Source: a virus (taxonomy: Duplodnaviria; Caudoviricetes). Taken from it: a DNA stretch of 64,000 nt. The position numbers and the translations under genes are program-made. A model generated the notes under the pieces. That model made no database searches, had not been told where the DNA came from, and was given only the letters and a program-made list of their open reading frames with translations. Positions 28,411 through 38,356 of this stretch are shown here, piece after piece (position 1 is the first letter of the stretch; each line of letters opens with the position of its first letter). The stretch is taken from IMG/VR virus record IMGVR_UViG_2974668611_000001, positions 16,618 to 80,617 of that record. One strand, written 5' to 3'.

Positions 28411-29109
28411 TTAATATGCAGTTTCAGACCAAGCACCCATTCCTTGTGCTTTATAAAGCTGAACGGCTTCATCTACTTGTGATGATACACTACCGTGGCT
28501 AGAACGCATTAATTGTAATAACCCATACGCACCACTTCCTTCTGAATTAGAAATGTTTACGTTACCTTTAGATTCGCGATTGATAATCGTGCTCCATGTT
28601 GATGAAGATTGACCAGTACGAGAAGCCATTTCTTCGGCAACCTGATTGATTTCTGATTGACTTAATTGACCAGAAGTCTTTGACATTAAAGAGCTTTGTG
28701 TGCTCTGCGAACTTGGTGAGCTCTGTGATTTTTGTTGCGTCTGAACACTCTGCGTTTGGATTTCAGCACTCGAATAGTTAACTGCCTTGTTGCCAGTTAC
28801 CGTTGGTTGCGTTTGCTCACTTTTTGGTTGTTCAGTCTTCACTGCTGGTACTTGAACAGACACTTTGGTTGTTTGATTAGCAGTGTTTACATTGCCATTA
28901 ACTTGTAACTTGTCACCGACAAAGATTAGGTTTGGATTACTTAAAGAGTTTTCGTTTATGATGTCGCTAACAGACGTTCCATGCTCATGGGCGATTTCGC
29001 TAACAGTATCTCCGGCTTGTACAGTCACTGTGTCTGCGCTAACCGTCTGCACTCCCAATGCCAAACCTGCTACTACTGCCGCACTTGCTACTAAAGTATT
29101 TTTATTCAT
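28411..29109 (-). CDS. Secreted LysM protein with C-terminal lytic transglycosylase-like domain
   Basis: Signal peptide; TVQAGDTVSEIA (LysM); S/Q linker; IINRESKG...GAYGLLQ...QGMGAW. Confidence 0.85.
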   Translation of the reverse strand: MNKNTLVASAAVVAGLALGVQTVSADTVTVQAGDTVSEIAHEHGTSVSDIINENSLSNPNLIFVGDKLQVNGNVNTANQTTKVSVQVPAVKTEQPKSEQTQPTVTGNKAVNYSSAEIQTQSVQTQQKSQSSPSSQSTQSSLMSKTSGQLSQSEINQVAEEMASRTGQSSSTWSTIINRESKGNVNISNSEGSGAYGLLQLMRSSHGSVSSQVDEAVQLYKAQGMGAWSETAY

Positions 29110-29186
29110 TTAAAATAAACCTCTTTCTTTAGTTGATAATATGATTATACCATCTTCTTATTTCATATTGATTACAACAATATTAA

Positions 29187-29720
29187 TTACTCTTTACATA
29201 ATATATTGTTTGAAATTTTAATCAACTCTTGCTTGTTTGCTAATTCAACAAATAGTTTCTTCTCAACCTCCTCAATCTTCTTCTCTTGGTCTAGGTAATA
29301 ATCTTGGCGTTTCGTACTATTATGAACCTCTTGAAGTTCATTTAGCGCCTTAATAATGTTGTTGATTTTTTTATTTTGTTTGCGAAGCATACCATCAAAT
29401 GAGCTAGTTAAGCTATCGACAACATCATTGATTATGCTCTTGTTTGCCATCTCGTTATTAGACCGTTTAGAAATCCATACAATATCATGTAAAGAGTATG
29501 TAGTAACCAGACTCTTATTATAGGTATCTAGTACAATTCTAATTTCTTCATTATCTAAAAATGCAATATTCTCTTGTTCTGTGTGGCAAAGACTACCATG
29601 GGCGGCAATGTTGGCAATCCATGACTTCATAGTAGTTTTTGAAATACCAAATCTTTGACGTGCTCGTTTTTTAAAGTGGTCACTTCTAATATAATCTACA
29701 ATTTCATTTCTATTAATCAT
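29187..29720 (-). CDS. Hypothetical protein, possible BECR/RelE-like RNase N-terminal domain plus coiled coil
   Basis: SDHFKKRARQRFGIS...LVTTY pattern. Confidence 0.45.
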   Translation of the reverse strand: MINRNEIVDYIRSDHFKKRARQRFGISKTTMKSWIANIAAHGSLCHTEQENIAFLDNEEIRIVLDTYNKSLVTTYSLHDIVWISKRSNNEMANKSIINDVVDSLTSSFDGMLRKQNKKINNIIKALNELQEVHNSTKRQDYYLDQEKKIEEVEKKLFVELANKQELIKISNNILCKE

Positions 29721-30057
29721 GATTTAATTTCTCCCTCATTGAAATCGCAACTTGAAGCTTCATAAATACATCTCTAGCTTCTTCACTGTCATACTTGCCG
29801 ATAAAAAATATGTGTTCAGTATCTTCTGAATTATCTATAATCTTAATAATCTTTTTATTGTTGGAAACGATAAAAAATGTTTCGTCGTTATTGTCTAAAA
29901 AACTATTTACATATTTCATAATATAGTCAAAGGCATCTTGCTCGTTGCTATCTTTTCTAAATTTTCTATAATAAAAGTTCTTCGTCTCACCATTAGCGCA
30001 AGCATAAGCTACTCTAGCACCGTTATAAATCTTATTATACGAAATATAAATTCTCAT
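29713..30057 (-). CDS. Hypothetical protein translationally coupled to mazF
   Basis: ATGA overlap with the mazF stop. Confidence 0.6.
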   Translation of the reverse strand: MRIYISYNKIYNGARVAYACANGETKNFYYRKFRKDSNEQDAFDYIMKYVNSFLDNNDETFFIVSNNKKIIKIIDNSEDTEHIFFIGKYDSEEARDVFMKLQVAISMREKLNHD

Positions 30058-30416
30058 AGACATAATGCAACCTCCAGGCACTTGTTGACTTCATTCAAAA
30101 TGTCTTCTTCTAATCGGTCGATTCTGTAATATAACTGGCTAACATTGATTGTTTGAACCTGCTCACACAGTGCAGTGTTATGAATCATTTCACCGTTATT
30201 AGGTAATCCAAAGCTAACATGTGTTGGTAGATTATGTTTATTCTTAGTTGTTAATGGCACGATTGTAATTGCCGGTGAATATTTATTAGCCATATTATTA
30301 GATACGACAACCACCGGCCGTTTTCCTCGCTGAATCGCGTCATGTGAGTCTTGTCGCGACTCCAAATTTGCAAAGAAGACATCCCCTCTTTTAATTTTTT
30401 CTCCATTTACCAACAT
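30054..30416 (-). CDS. mazF: MazF/PemK-family endoribonuclease (NdoA-like)
   Basis: KRGDVFFANL, GKRPVVVVSN, SPAITIVPLTT, LPTHV, EQVQTI. Confidence 0.9.
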   Translation of the reverse strand: MLVNGEKIKRGDVFFANLESRQDSHDAIQRGKRPVVVVSNNMANKYSPAITIVPLTTKNKHNLPTHVSFGLPNNGEMIHNTALCEQVQTINVSQLYYRIDRLEEDILNEVNKCLEVALCL

Positions 30417-30446
30417 ATTTATGACCTCTTTCTTTGATATGTATAT

Positions 30447-30475
30447 AGCATACTAGATAATGTATGCTATGTCAA
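30447..30475 (-). promoter_or_regulatory. Promoter with AGCATA-N10-TATGCT palindrome (mazF operon)
   Basis: TTGACA-T-AGCATA-N10-TATGCT. Confidence 0.65.
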
Positions 30476-30508
30476 CACTTAATTTTAATTGATTGCAAAA
30501 ATCATACT

Positions 30509-30841
30509 TTAGTCAGCAAGGCTGTCAATAACATTCTGTAATTTATCAACAATCTCTTCTTTGCTAAGCCCGATTAAAAGTGAAATAATCTTGGACTCTG
30601 TATAGCCATCACCATAACGGAGACCATGCGCTCCAAAACATACATTTCTATTATTCTTTGTCGGAAAATCTGCGTTAGATGTATAATTATTGATGGTACC
30701 ATGTGCTAATCTAAACAGTCTCCTGTTTTCTTGTGGTAAACAGTCATCATTATTTTTCGCAATCTGTCTTGCGTATTCAACTCTCCTATAAAAATCTTCG
30801 TGTAATCGTTGGTTGTATGTTTTCATATTTAATTCCTCCAT
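30509..30841 (-). CDS. Hypothetical protein
   Basis: ORF; GGAGG precedes an internal ATG. Confidence 0.6.
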   Translation of the reverse strand: MEELNMKTYNQRLHEDFYRRVEYARQIAKNNDDCLPQENRRLFRLAHGTINNYTSNADFPTKNNRNVCFGAHGLRYGDGYTESKIISLLIGLSKEEIVDKLQNVIDSLAD

Positions 30842-30842
30842 G

Positions 30843-31238
30843 TTATTTCAAAATCTCATCTAAGGATTCGGAAACCTTCTTATAGTCTTCAATGTTATAG
30901 TTTCCAAAAAACAGTTCATTAATGTTATGTTCAATCTTTTTCTTATATTGTGAACGTTCTTTAACTTGTTTTTCCCATTCTTCTCCAAAATTTTCGTCGT
31001 CAGAGATATAGTGTAACTCAATAAAACTAGGTCGCCACATTTTTGGCAACGTTCCCGTTGTCTTTAAACGCATATAGCTATTTGTTCGGTCATATTTGCT
31101 GTACGAGAAATAAAAATTTGTTTTATTCTTTTTGATAACATATACCTTAGACATCTTTACATGGCTGTTATCATCAATATAGAAATCATATAACTCTTGA
31201 CCAACTTCTAAATCTTTAGCTTTTGTTTTTGTCATCAT
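30843..31238 (-). CDS. Hypothetical protein
   Basis: RBS GAGG; upstream promoter. Confidence 0.65.
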   Translation of the reverse strand: MMTKTKAKDLEVGQELYDFYIDDNSHVKMSKVYVIKKNKTNFYFSYSKYDRTNSYMRLKTTGTLPKMWRPSFIELHYISDDENFGEEWEKQVKERSQYKKKIEHNINELFFGNYNIEDYKKVSESLDEILK

Positions 31239-31270
31239 TATTTACCTCTCTTTCATTTATCAACATAAAA

Positions 31271-31299
31271 AGCATACCAGAAATGATATGCTTTGTCAA
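31271..31299 (-). promoter_or_regulatory. Promoter with AGCATA-N10-TATGCT palindrome
   Basis: TTGACA-A-AGCATA-N10-TATGCT. Confidence 0.65.
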
Positions 31300-31359
31300 A
31301 TATTTTTTATTAATCTTAGTAAGTAGACTCAAAGTTCAACCACAATCGGGCAACTCATA

Positions 31360-31689
31360 TTACTCTTCATAATCCTTACTAAAATCCATTAGTGCATAAA
31401 TTGATGGTAACGTGCCATATTTGATAAAATCATTGTAGTCGTCTGTAACAGCGCTAACAGATGAGCTACCGTCCGTTAACCTTGCGATTGTCATGATAAT
31501 AGTTCCATCTTCATATTCTAACTCATCATTTGTAAGAGATTCTATGTCTTTTCTAAACTGGTTGGCGTCTTCCTTACTGTATACGACTGAAATCAATCTG
31601 TTGTACTTATGTTTGCTTAGAACAGCAACGAAATCACCATCACCAATAATGTCGTCAAAATTATCTAATAAATAATCTTTAAGTGTCAT
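31360..31689 (-). CDS. Acidic hypothetical protein
   Basis: Coupled to the upstream gene. Confidence 0.6.
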   Translation of the reverse strand: MTLKDYLLDNFDDIIGDGDFVAVLSKHKYNRLISVVYSKEDANQFRKDIESLTNDELEYEDGTIIMTIARLTDGSSSVSAVTDDYNDFIKYGTLPSIYALMDFSKDYEE

Positions 31690-32153
31690 TAGAATACCCT
31701 CCCTTCAAACGGCTTATTCTTAATATCTAAGAAATTAAAATCAGCTAACTCACTAATGTCAATAACTTGTGCGCATCCCTTAGCAATCATTAAATTAAGC
31801 GGAGCACCACTATCAATAACAACGATAACTGGCTTATGTTGCGCGAAAGCATATCCCATTTCCCACGCTGTTCCTTCGTCTACATTATTAGTATCAATTA
31901 CAGCTAATACTACATCAGAATAATCAATCCCACCGCAGTCTCCAAAGAATGTTCCAGACTGCCACTCAACATCATATAATAATGAATCGTCGTCTTCAAC
32001 GACCATTCCTTTATATTGGTTGTCTAGTGGAATATATGAATTTTTAATATCAACAGTGTTATTGTTAATAAGACTTTTCTTTGCTTTCTCTAACAGGGAT
32101 TTTTGCGATTCTGAAAACCAACCAGAAGCTAAATATAGTCGTTTACTACTCAT
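31689..32153 (-). CDS. Nucleoside 2-deoxyribosyltransferase
   Basis: LYLASGWF, DEGTAWEMGYAFA, LNLMI. Confidence 0.88.
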   Translation of the reverse strand: MSSKRLYLASGWFSESQKSLLEKAKKSLINNNTVDIKNSYIPLDNQYKGMVVEDDDSLLYDVEWQSGTFFGDCGGIDYSDVVLAVIDTNNVDEGTAWEMGYAFAQHKPVIVVIDSGAPLNLMIAKGCAQVIDISELADFNFLDIKNKPFEGRVF

Positions 32154-32470
32154 TATTTTACCTCCGTCTTATCATGCTTTGCTCCATAGATTACGGCAAG
32201 CTTTTTAATGGCTTCTGGGTTAAATCCGCTCCACATGCCAGTTTGTGACCAAGAATACCCATTACTAGATTCTAGGTAGCTAAATGATACGATAGGTGCA
32301 TGGCCGAATCCCTTTTCTTTAAGAACATCAATTTCGTCTGACGACATTGAACTAATGCTATTTTCAAAGTAAGCAATATCATAATGTTTGAATAATTTTT
32401 TAGTCATATTGCATTGACCACAATTATCTTTGGTGTAAATATCTACCCTAATTTGTTCCTTGTTTTTCAT
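32153..32470 (-). CDS. nrdH: NrdH-like glutaredoxin
   Basis: IYTKDNCGQC, APIV, WSGFNPE. Confidence 0.85.
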   Translation of the reverse strand: MKNKEQIRVDIYTKDNCGQCNMTKKLFKHYDIAYFENSISSMSSDEIDVLKEKGFGHAPIVSFSYLESSNGYSWSQTGMWSGFNPEAIKKLAVIYGAKHDKTEVK

Positions 32471-32615
32471 CTTTAGCACTCTCCATCTCACTAATTTTAT
32501 ATCTTAAATCATCATTTTCAAGTTTTAACTCATCTGATTGTTCTTCTAACTCCGCAACTCTGTCCTGATAATACCAAATCTGTTCTAATAGTTCTGTCAT
32601 GCTACCGTATTCCAT
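32448..32615 (-). CDS. Small acidic coiled-coil protein (absent from the ORF track)
   Basis: MEYGSMTELLEQ...; fills the gap between neighbouring genes. Confidence 0.5.
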   Translation of the reverse strand: MEYGSMTELLEQIWYYQDRVAELEEQSDELKLENDDLRYKISEMESAKDEKQGTN

Positions 32616-32616
32616 A

Positions 32617-32979
32617 TTATTCACCATAATCTAAGCCAAAAATTGGTTCTTTAATATAATACTTTATGGATAGCATATCAGCAATCTTTTTAAATTCCCC
32701 AGAAGTAATACCGTTACCAATCATAGAATGAATATCATTGATAATTTCAGGTACATTAGAGTTTTCAAGCCTTTCCCTTAATTTGACGTTCTCCTTATAC
32801 AAATCATCATAGTCTTGTTCAAGAGAATCATATTCTCGTGATAATTCTTGGTTATCAATCTCGCTATTATCAAGCTCAGTGCCAAGTGAATCATTTTCAG
32901 CTTCAAGGTCTTCAACCTGTTCTTCTAGTTCTCTAATATATTCCTCTTCATTACCCATTACAATCACTTTTCCTTTCAA
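32617..32979 (-). CDS. Acidic coiled-coil protein
   Basis: Heptad repeats; likely start at MGNEEE. Confidence 0.6.
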   Translation of the reverse strand: MKGKVIVMGNEEEYIRELEEQVEDLEAENDSLGTELDNSEIDNQELSREYDSLEQDYDDLYKENVKLRERLENSNVPEIINDIHSMIGNGITSGEFKKIADMLSIKYYIKEPIFGLDYGE

Positions 32980-33047
32980 AAATATAAAATCCTAGCTACC
33001 AACGTATTAAGTATACATGATAACTAGGAAAATGTCAATATATTAAT

Positions 33048-33815
33048 TTAAATTTCTTTTACTTTATCCCTTGCAAACCACTTACTATCAAAGAATGCAA
33101 CTAAATCATTAAGAATATAAAGCATATAGGTGAAGAACAGAACCCAAACAGCTTCTCCTTGCATAGCAGTTACTAACCACAGTGCGACAGAGCTAAGTCC
33201 TTGTGCGAACCAAAAGTAATAAGAAGCTCTGAAACGACGAACAGTTAAAATTGCTCCAGTCAATCCAATAGTTGCTGATAAAGCGTCAATAGCTGGACGA
33301 GGACTGGTTAAGATAACTGTATCTAAACCGTAAGTCACGATGAAGAATCCAATAAAAGTGAATAAAGTCTGCCAAGCAAACTTAATATTCATCTTGCGCG
33401 GTTCTAAATCCTTACCGTTGTTCCAAGTCTTATTAAGCAATACTGGTAAATCTAACAGGAAGATATAGAAAGTTTGCATAATAATGTCAGAGAAGTTCCC
33501 AGTCTTCAAAGCCACATAAATTAACATGATAGCAGAAACGAATCCTAATACACCGTTAATGGGCCGTCCGTTTGTAATACTTAACGTGCATGTGAAACCA
33601 ATTAAACCAGCAACTGTTGAAGTGACTCCTAAGCCAGTAATTCCATGACCAAGCCCAACGTACAGCAGAAATAACCAACCAACTACTAATAAGACGTAGC
33701 TGGATTTAGTCCAACCAGTCATTTGTTCTTTATACCATCGCCAGTTGAACACCCGACTAACTGACTCTGGATTATAACCTAAATCATTGACACCATTTGT
33801 ATTTTGCAAAACCAA
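33048..33815 (-). CDS. PnuC-family nucleoside transporter
   Basis: Multiple TM helices; GRPINGVLG, IDALSATIG, YYFWFAQG. Confidence 0.85.
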   Translation of the reverse strand: MVLQNTNGVNDLGYNPESVSRVFNWRWYKEQMTGWTKSSYVLLVVGWLFLLYVGLGHGITGLGVTSTVAGLIGFTCTLSITNGRPINGVLGFVSAIMLIYVALKTGNFSDIIMQTFYIFLLDLPVLLNKTWNNGKDLEPRKMNIKFAWQTLFTFIGFFIVTYGLDTVILTSPRPAIDALSATIGLTGAILTVRRFRASYYFWFAQGLSSVALWLVTAMQGEAVWVLFFTYMLYILNDLVAFFDSKWFARDKVKEI

Positions 33816-33874
33816 AACCTCTTCCTATTTTTATTAGGTCGTCAAAAGACGCCTTATCCCCGAATAAACGGTTT

Positions 33875-35107
33875 TTATAACATTACTGGTAACGGTGTAA
33901 TCGTACCGTCATTGCTTACGTCTAGCATAACCTGTGAGCGTGAAGCTCGGTAGTGTAGACGTTCTGAATAGCTTGTTGGGCCAATAAGAGACCCAGACTG
34001 AATGACAAGGCCAGATTCTTCGTGGACTGACAAACTATGGAAGTGACCGCCAACTAAAGCGTCATATCTAATATTGTCAAATTGGCTAGAAATTGCAATC
34101 GTTTCTGGCTTAGCAATGTTCTGCAAGTCACCATGGACAAACTTAATATTTGCGCCATTTACGCTGATATGGTCTTCTGTGACCTTATCAGGTTCTTTCA
34201 CCTTAATATCATAATCAGTCTGTTCAACAATCATCTTGATTGCTTCATTTAATACAGTTGAGAATCCATCATCTGGCAGGTTGTCTTTCTTGTTTCCGTT
34301 AGCCCTATCGTGGTTTCCAAGAATACCAGAATAAATTACTGGGATTCCAGTGCTGTATGCAATGTTGATAATGAATTCCGAGATTAACTTAATTGCTGTA
34401 TTAATCTGGTCAGATAGCTTTAATGAGATTTCGTAAGACTGATTGTATCTCATATAAGCTCCTTCAATGCTGTCCCCTAGATTTTCAATATAGATTGTCC
34501 CAGGATTAGAAAAAGCAACGTACTGAATAATCTTACTTGCATACTTAGATAGTTCATCTTTAGCAATTAATTCATCGTACTTATAACCATCAACATCTAC
34601 TTTGGCGCCAATATGAATATCAGACAAAGAGACAATCAAAACGCTCCCACTATCTTCTGGGGCCAACATGCCACAATCTAACTCACTAGGGACGACGGTG
34701 ATTCCATCTTTTAGTGAACGTTTTACATCGCGTTTAAATAATTCCATGTCTGCATAATCTCGCCGACTTTTATTGAATTCACGACGCATTACTTGCAATT
34801 CTCGCTTTTCAAGTAGCATTTCGTCAATTTCTTTGTTAAGCGCGTTACGTTTATGGTCTAGTTCATTTGAACGTTGCTGTTCAACAGAATTAATTGTACC
34901 AGTTTTATATTGGTACCTTTTAATTAACTGGCGAAATCCTTCACATTGCTTTGCGTCATATCCATCTTGTCGCAACAAACGGGCCACTTTGCCCCAATTG
35001 GCACGCCCGTTGTCTCGTTGCAATTCAGTTTTGTATTTGGCGGCCATTTTTAGGCCAACATCATCAATTTCATGTGTTTTACCTTTATTATCAGTATAAG
35101 TTGCCAT
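33875..35107 (-). CDS. Calcineurin-like metallophosphoesterase
   Basis: SDIHIG, LGDSIEG, GNHD, HGD, GHFH. Confidence 0.85.
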   Translation of the reverse strand: MATYTDNKGKTHEIDDVGLKMAAKYKTELQRDNGRANWGKVARLLRQDGYDAKQCEGFRQLIKRYQYKTGTINSVEQQRSNELDHKRNALNKEIDEMLLEKRELQVMRREFNKSRRDYADMELFKRDVKRSLKDGITVVPSELDCGMLAPEDSGSVLIVSLSDIHIGAKVDVDGYKYDELIAKDELSKYASKIIQYVAFSNPGTIYIENLGDSIEGAYMRYNQSYEISLKLSDQINTAIKLISEFIINIAYSTGIPVIYSGILGNHDRANGNKKDNLPDDGFSTVLNEAIKMIVEQTDYDIKVKEPDKVTEDHISVNGANIKFVHGDLQNIAKPETIAISSQFDNIRYDALVGGHFHSLSVHEESGLVIQSGSLIGPTSYSERLHYRASRSQVMLDVSNDGTITPLPVML

Positions 35108-35119
35108 TAAGTTCTCCCT

Positions 35120-36163
35120 CTAGTAGCCTTTCTTTTTTGCCGTTTCAGTTAATTCTGACAAGATGATTGCCAAATCTTCTGAACGATTATCAGAAAGTTC
35201 ATTGACCTTGTGTCCCTTACCTAGTGTCTTTTCAACGATTGTTGTCAATGTCTTAATATCATTGTTCTTTTGGAACAAAATTGCGACAGCTTTCGTCTTT
35301 TCTAGCAGTTCTGAGAAATCGTATTGAACGTCTTTAGCGTCAGCGTGCAATACTTTCTTTTCGGTAGTCTCATCATAGTTGCTACCAAGAACACGTGAAA
35401 CTTCCTTCTTATACGCTTCTGCACTAAACGGAATGATTGGCTTAACGCCCTTAAACGTTGTACCAGCTTCGTACTGGAGCGTCCCTCGCAGGTGCAATAC
35501 ACGTTGTTCTTCTCCATTTACTAAGTTATTTTCAGCATACAGAATATTGTCGACCATCTTCGTTACTGGGGATAGACCTTTTTCTTTCAAGTCTGGAGAA
35601 ATCTTAGTGAATTCAACCATTTGTTTTCCATCATTGGCCTTAGACAAAACAGCGTCTGGAATGGCATTCATTTCATTAGAATCAATATACGGAATCTTAA
35701 CAATCTTTTCAGTTGAATGTGATACAAAGATATTAGTATATGGCAATGATTCTAATTCTTTCAATCCCCGGAACCATACTTCACTAAGACGAGTGTGGTC
35801 TCGTCCATATCCAACATCACCGTCGCCGACACTAAATTCATCAAATTGAGAAGCCGTAAACTTACTTGCATAACGATACAAGTTTTCAACAGTATCAATG
35901 GAAACAGCGTCATACATTTCTTGTACTTCTTTGCGCTTCAATTGTGATAGAACCTGTTTAAATTCACCCCAAGTTGAAATATACTGAACCATTGCACCAT
36001 CTAGCGCACCATACCGACGTTCCGTCATGATATTAAGAACTCGTGGGAATAATTCATTTACGAATGTTGTCTTACCAATCTTAGACGGCCCATATAGCAA
36101 TAAACTATAACTTGAAGGTTCGGTTGATACTTTATTAGCAGTAATCTTAGTTAAATCAATCAT
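35120..36163 (-). CDS. AAA ATPase (Sak4/AAA_24-like)
   Basis: YGPSKIGKT, IDT, FVSH. Confidence 0.8.
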   Translation of the reverse strand: MIDLTKITANKVSTEPSSYSLLLYGPSKIGKTTFVNELFPRVLNIMTERRYGALDGAMVQYISTWGEFKQVLSQLKRKEVQEMYDAVSIDTVENLYRYASKFTASQFDEFSVGDGDVGYGRDHTRLSEVWFRGLKELESLPYTNIFVSHSTEKIVKIPYIDSNEMNAIPDAVLSKANDGKQMVEFTKISPDLKEKGLSPVTKMVDNILYAENNLVNGEEQRVLHLRGTLQYEAGTTFKGVKPIIPFSAEAYKKEVSRVLGSNYDETTEKKVLHADAKDVQYDFSELLEKTKAVAILFQKNNDIKTLTTIVEKTLGKGHKVNELSDNRSEDLAIILSELTETAKKKGY

Positions 36164-36190
36164 TTTTATACTCTCACTCCTATAATAAAT

Positions 36191-36532
36191 CTAGTTAAAC
36201 AAATTAATCTTCTTTAGGTCATCAAAACTTAATTCAATTGACATTGAATCTGATAACTGTTCAGACGTCAATAGCATAATTTGTTCATCACATGTCGTTG
36301 TATACACGACATATGGCTTTTCTTCTTCGTTTTCAAACGTCGATGGCAACTCAACTTCATCATGTGCGTTATCGTCAAATGAATCCAAGTCAATATTCCA
36401 TTTACTCCCATCAAAGCTTACTTTAATTCCAGCTTCGTTAAGTTTTGAAGTATCGACAACTGGAGTTTTTTCTCCAGACAAATAATCAACAACATTAACC
36501 TCTTTACCGTCATAGCTACGTTTAAATTTCAT
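36191..36532 (-). CDS. Acidic hypothetical protein
   Basis: RBS AGGAG. Confidence 0.6.
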   Translation of the reverse strand: MKFKRSYDGKEVNVVDYLSGEKTPVVDTSKLNEAGIKVSFDGSKWNIDLDSFDDNAHDEVELPSTFENEEEKPYVVYTTTCDEQIMLLTSEQLSDSMSIELSFDDLKKINLFN

Positions 36533-36547
36533 TTTTATAATCTCCTA

Positions 36548-37531
36548 TTAAAATGGCAAGTCGTCGTCAGAAATATCAATTTGACCGGCACTTTTAGCGA
36601 ATGGGTTAGACGTTTCACTCTTGCTGTTATCTCCAAATCCGCTACGAGCACCGCTTTGTGCTGGTACAGAAGCTTGACCGTTTGAACGTGAAATCGCTTC
36701 TGTACGTTGCTTACGCAATTCTTCATGGGCCTTTTGAACCTGTTCTTCACTCAAATCTAAGTCACTATTGTCCAATGGCTTACCACCAGTTACTAGCAAT
36801 TGTCGAACATATGAGTTGGTTTGAACAACTTCGTGAATCTGACCAAATGAACCACCACCGTCATTATCAACATTTTGCTTCTTAACGACTACATAGTTCA
36901 AAATATTGTAGTACAACATACCAGTGCTTCCTTCCGGGAAGAATCCTTGCATGTCACCAATCAAATCGTCCTTAACCTTTAAGTCCATGATACGACCAAC
37001 ACGGCCATTGTAGCCAACAGTTAACGCTTTAACCTTATATAATCCAGTAGGGTTATCTTCATTGTCTAATTCTTCTTCATAGCTTTCGATAGCCGCCGGA
37101 ATTTGACCAAACGCACCATCTTCAAGACCCTTCTTGTCGTTTACACGATGTAAGGTTGTAGCCCGAAAACGGTTTGATTCATTGACAATTTCACCATCTG
37201 GAGAATATACGTTATATGACAAATCACCGTTTACACTGACTCGGTCTGCCTTTTCTTCGTCACCGTTTGTATCTTGTAATGATACATATTCTTCCATAAC
37301 CGTCTTCATGCCAGCATATAGCTTGTTTTCATTACCCTTATTGGTAAACTTACGGTTATAAACATTAAACGTAATTACGTTTACCTTATCATTTTGCTTT
37401 ACTTGAACACGAATCGACCCTTTAATAATTTCTTCGTTATTCTTATCAGTTCCAAGTTCCAGAGATACTTCTGATAGCGTACCAACTACAGTTAACGCGT
37501 TACCCTTCAATTCTTTTAATTCAACAGCCAT
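36548..37531 (-). CDS. Single-stranded DNA-binding protein (probable tandem OB fold)
   Basis: C-terminal ISDDDLPF; beta-rich; next to the Sak4-like ATPase. Confidence 0.7.
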   Translation of the reverse strand: MAVELKELKGNALTVVGTLSEVSLELGTDKNNEEIIKGSIRVQVKQNDKVNVITFNVYNRKFTNKGNENKLYAGMKTVMEEYVSLQDTNGDEEKADRVSVNGDLSYNVYSPDGEIVNESNRFRATTLHRVNDKKGLEDGAFGQIPAAIESYEEELDNEDNPTGLYKVKALTVGYNGRVGRIMDLKVKDDLIGDMQGFFPEGSTGMLYYNILNYVVVKKQNVDNDGGGSFGQIHEVVQTNSYVRQLLVTGGKPLDNSDLDLSEEQVQKAHEELRKQRTEAISRSNGQASVPAQSGARSGFGDNSKSETSNPFAKSAGQIDISDDDLPF

Positions 37532-37602
37532 TACAAATTCCTCCTAGTTGTTTTTCATTACTATTACAGTATATCATTCATAAATACTTATGTCAACTAT
37601 TT

Positions 37603-37920
37603 TTATAAGTTTGTTGCAAATAATTTTTTATCGAAAGGATATTCTTCGTCTTCACCAGTAATAATATACGTCGACATCATTTCCATAAAATGTAAGACAT
37701 TATCATTCTCTGACATAACTTGTTCAGACGGCGTCTTAGCTAAGTATTGAGAACTGCAATAGTCTTCTAAGAAGTGATTATTGTTTTCTGAAATAAACTT
37801 TTTAACGTCCTCTACTCTTTCATCTGCTGAATGTCCTTGGTCATAATACTTTTCAAAAAATAATTGCTTTAATTCATCTATTGTGACGCCATCTAACGCC
37901 CCCTCAAATTTACGATACAT
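37603..37920 (-). CDS. Hypothetical protein
   Basis: GGAG precedes the ATG of MYRKF. Confidence 0.6.
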   Translation of the reverse strand: MYRKFEGALDGVTIDELKQLFFEKYYDQGHSADERVEDVKKFISENNNHFLEDYCSSQYLAKTPSEQVMSENDNVLHFMEMMSTYIITGEDEEYPFDKKLFATNL

Positions 37921-38356
37921 CGTTATCTCTCCAGTCATAATTCACATTATCGTGATATTGAATTTCATATTTTTTAGTCGTTCCCATAATCTTAGTTTTA
38001 AAATCGTGTGTTCTAACAACAACAACTTCTACTGGAACTCCATACGTCTCAGCAAACAGCTTAAATGAAATATTAGCACCTCTATCAATGGCGTAGTTCG
38101 TAAAGCCATTCTTGACATCATAGACATGCACAATGAGGTCATCTTTATCTAAGACGACAAAGTCTGGTTTATAAGTAATTCCTCTAATACTAATTTTGTC
38201 GTTTATAACAACTTTATCTAATAATCTGAATTTATCATGAACAATAATCTTGTAGCCAGAGTTTTCTAAAAACCTTTTGTAAAAATTATATTCTTTCTGG
38301 CTATCAAAAGTAATGCCACCCTCTTTAATCTTTTTTCCGTAATGCTGTAAGCCCAT
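37910..38356 (-). CDS. DUF1064-like PD-(D/E)xK nuclease
   Basis: GITFDSQKE, ITYKPDF, DVKNG; start uncertain (AGGAG before MLIMG). Confidence 0.7.
   Translation of the reverse strand: MGLQHYGKKIKEGGITFDSQKEYNFYKRFLENSGYKIIVHDKFRLLDKVVINDKISIRGITYKPDFVVLDKDDLIVHVYDVKNGFTNYAIDRGANISFKLFAETYGVPVEVVVVRTHDFKTKIMGTTKKYEIQYHDNVNYDWRDNDVS

Noticed and set aside
33048-33815. PnuC as part of an NAD+ reconstitution pathway
   Set aside because: No NadR, Nampt or Adps/Namat-like genes in the window; the context favours deoxynucleoside salvage
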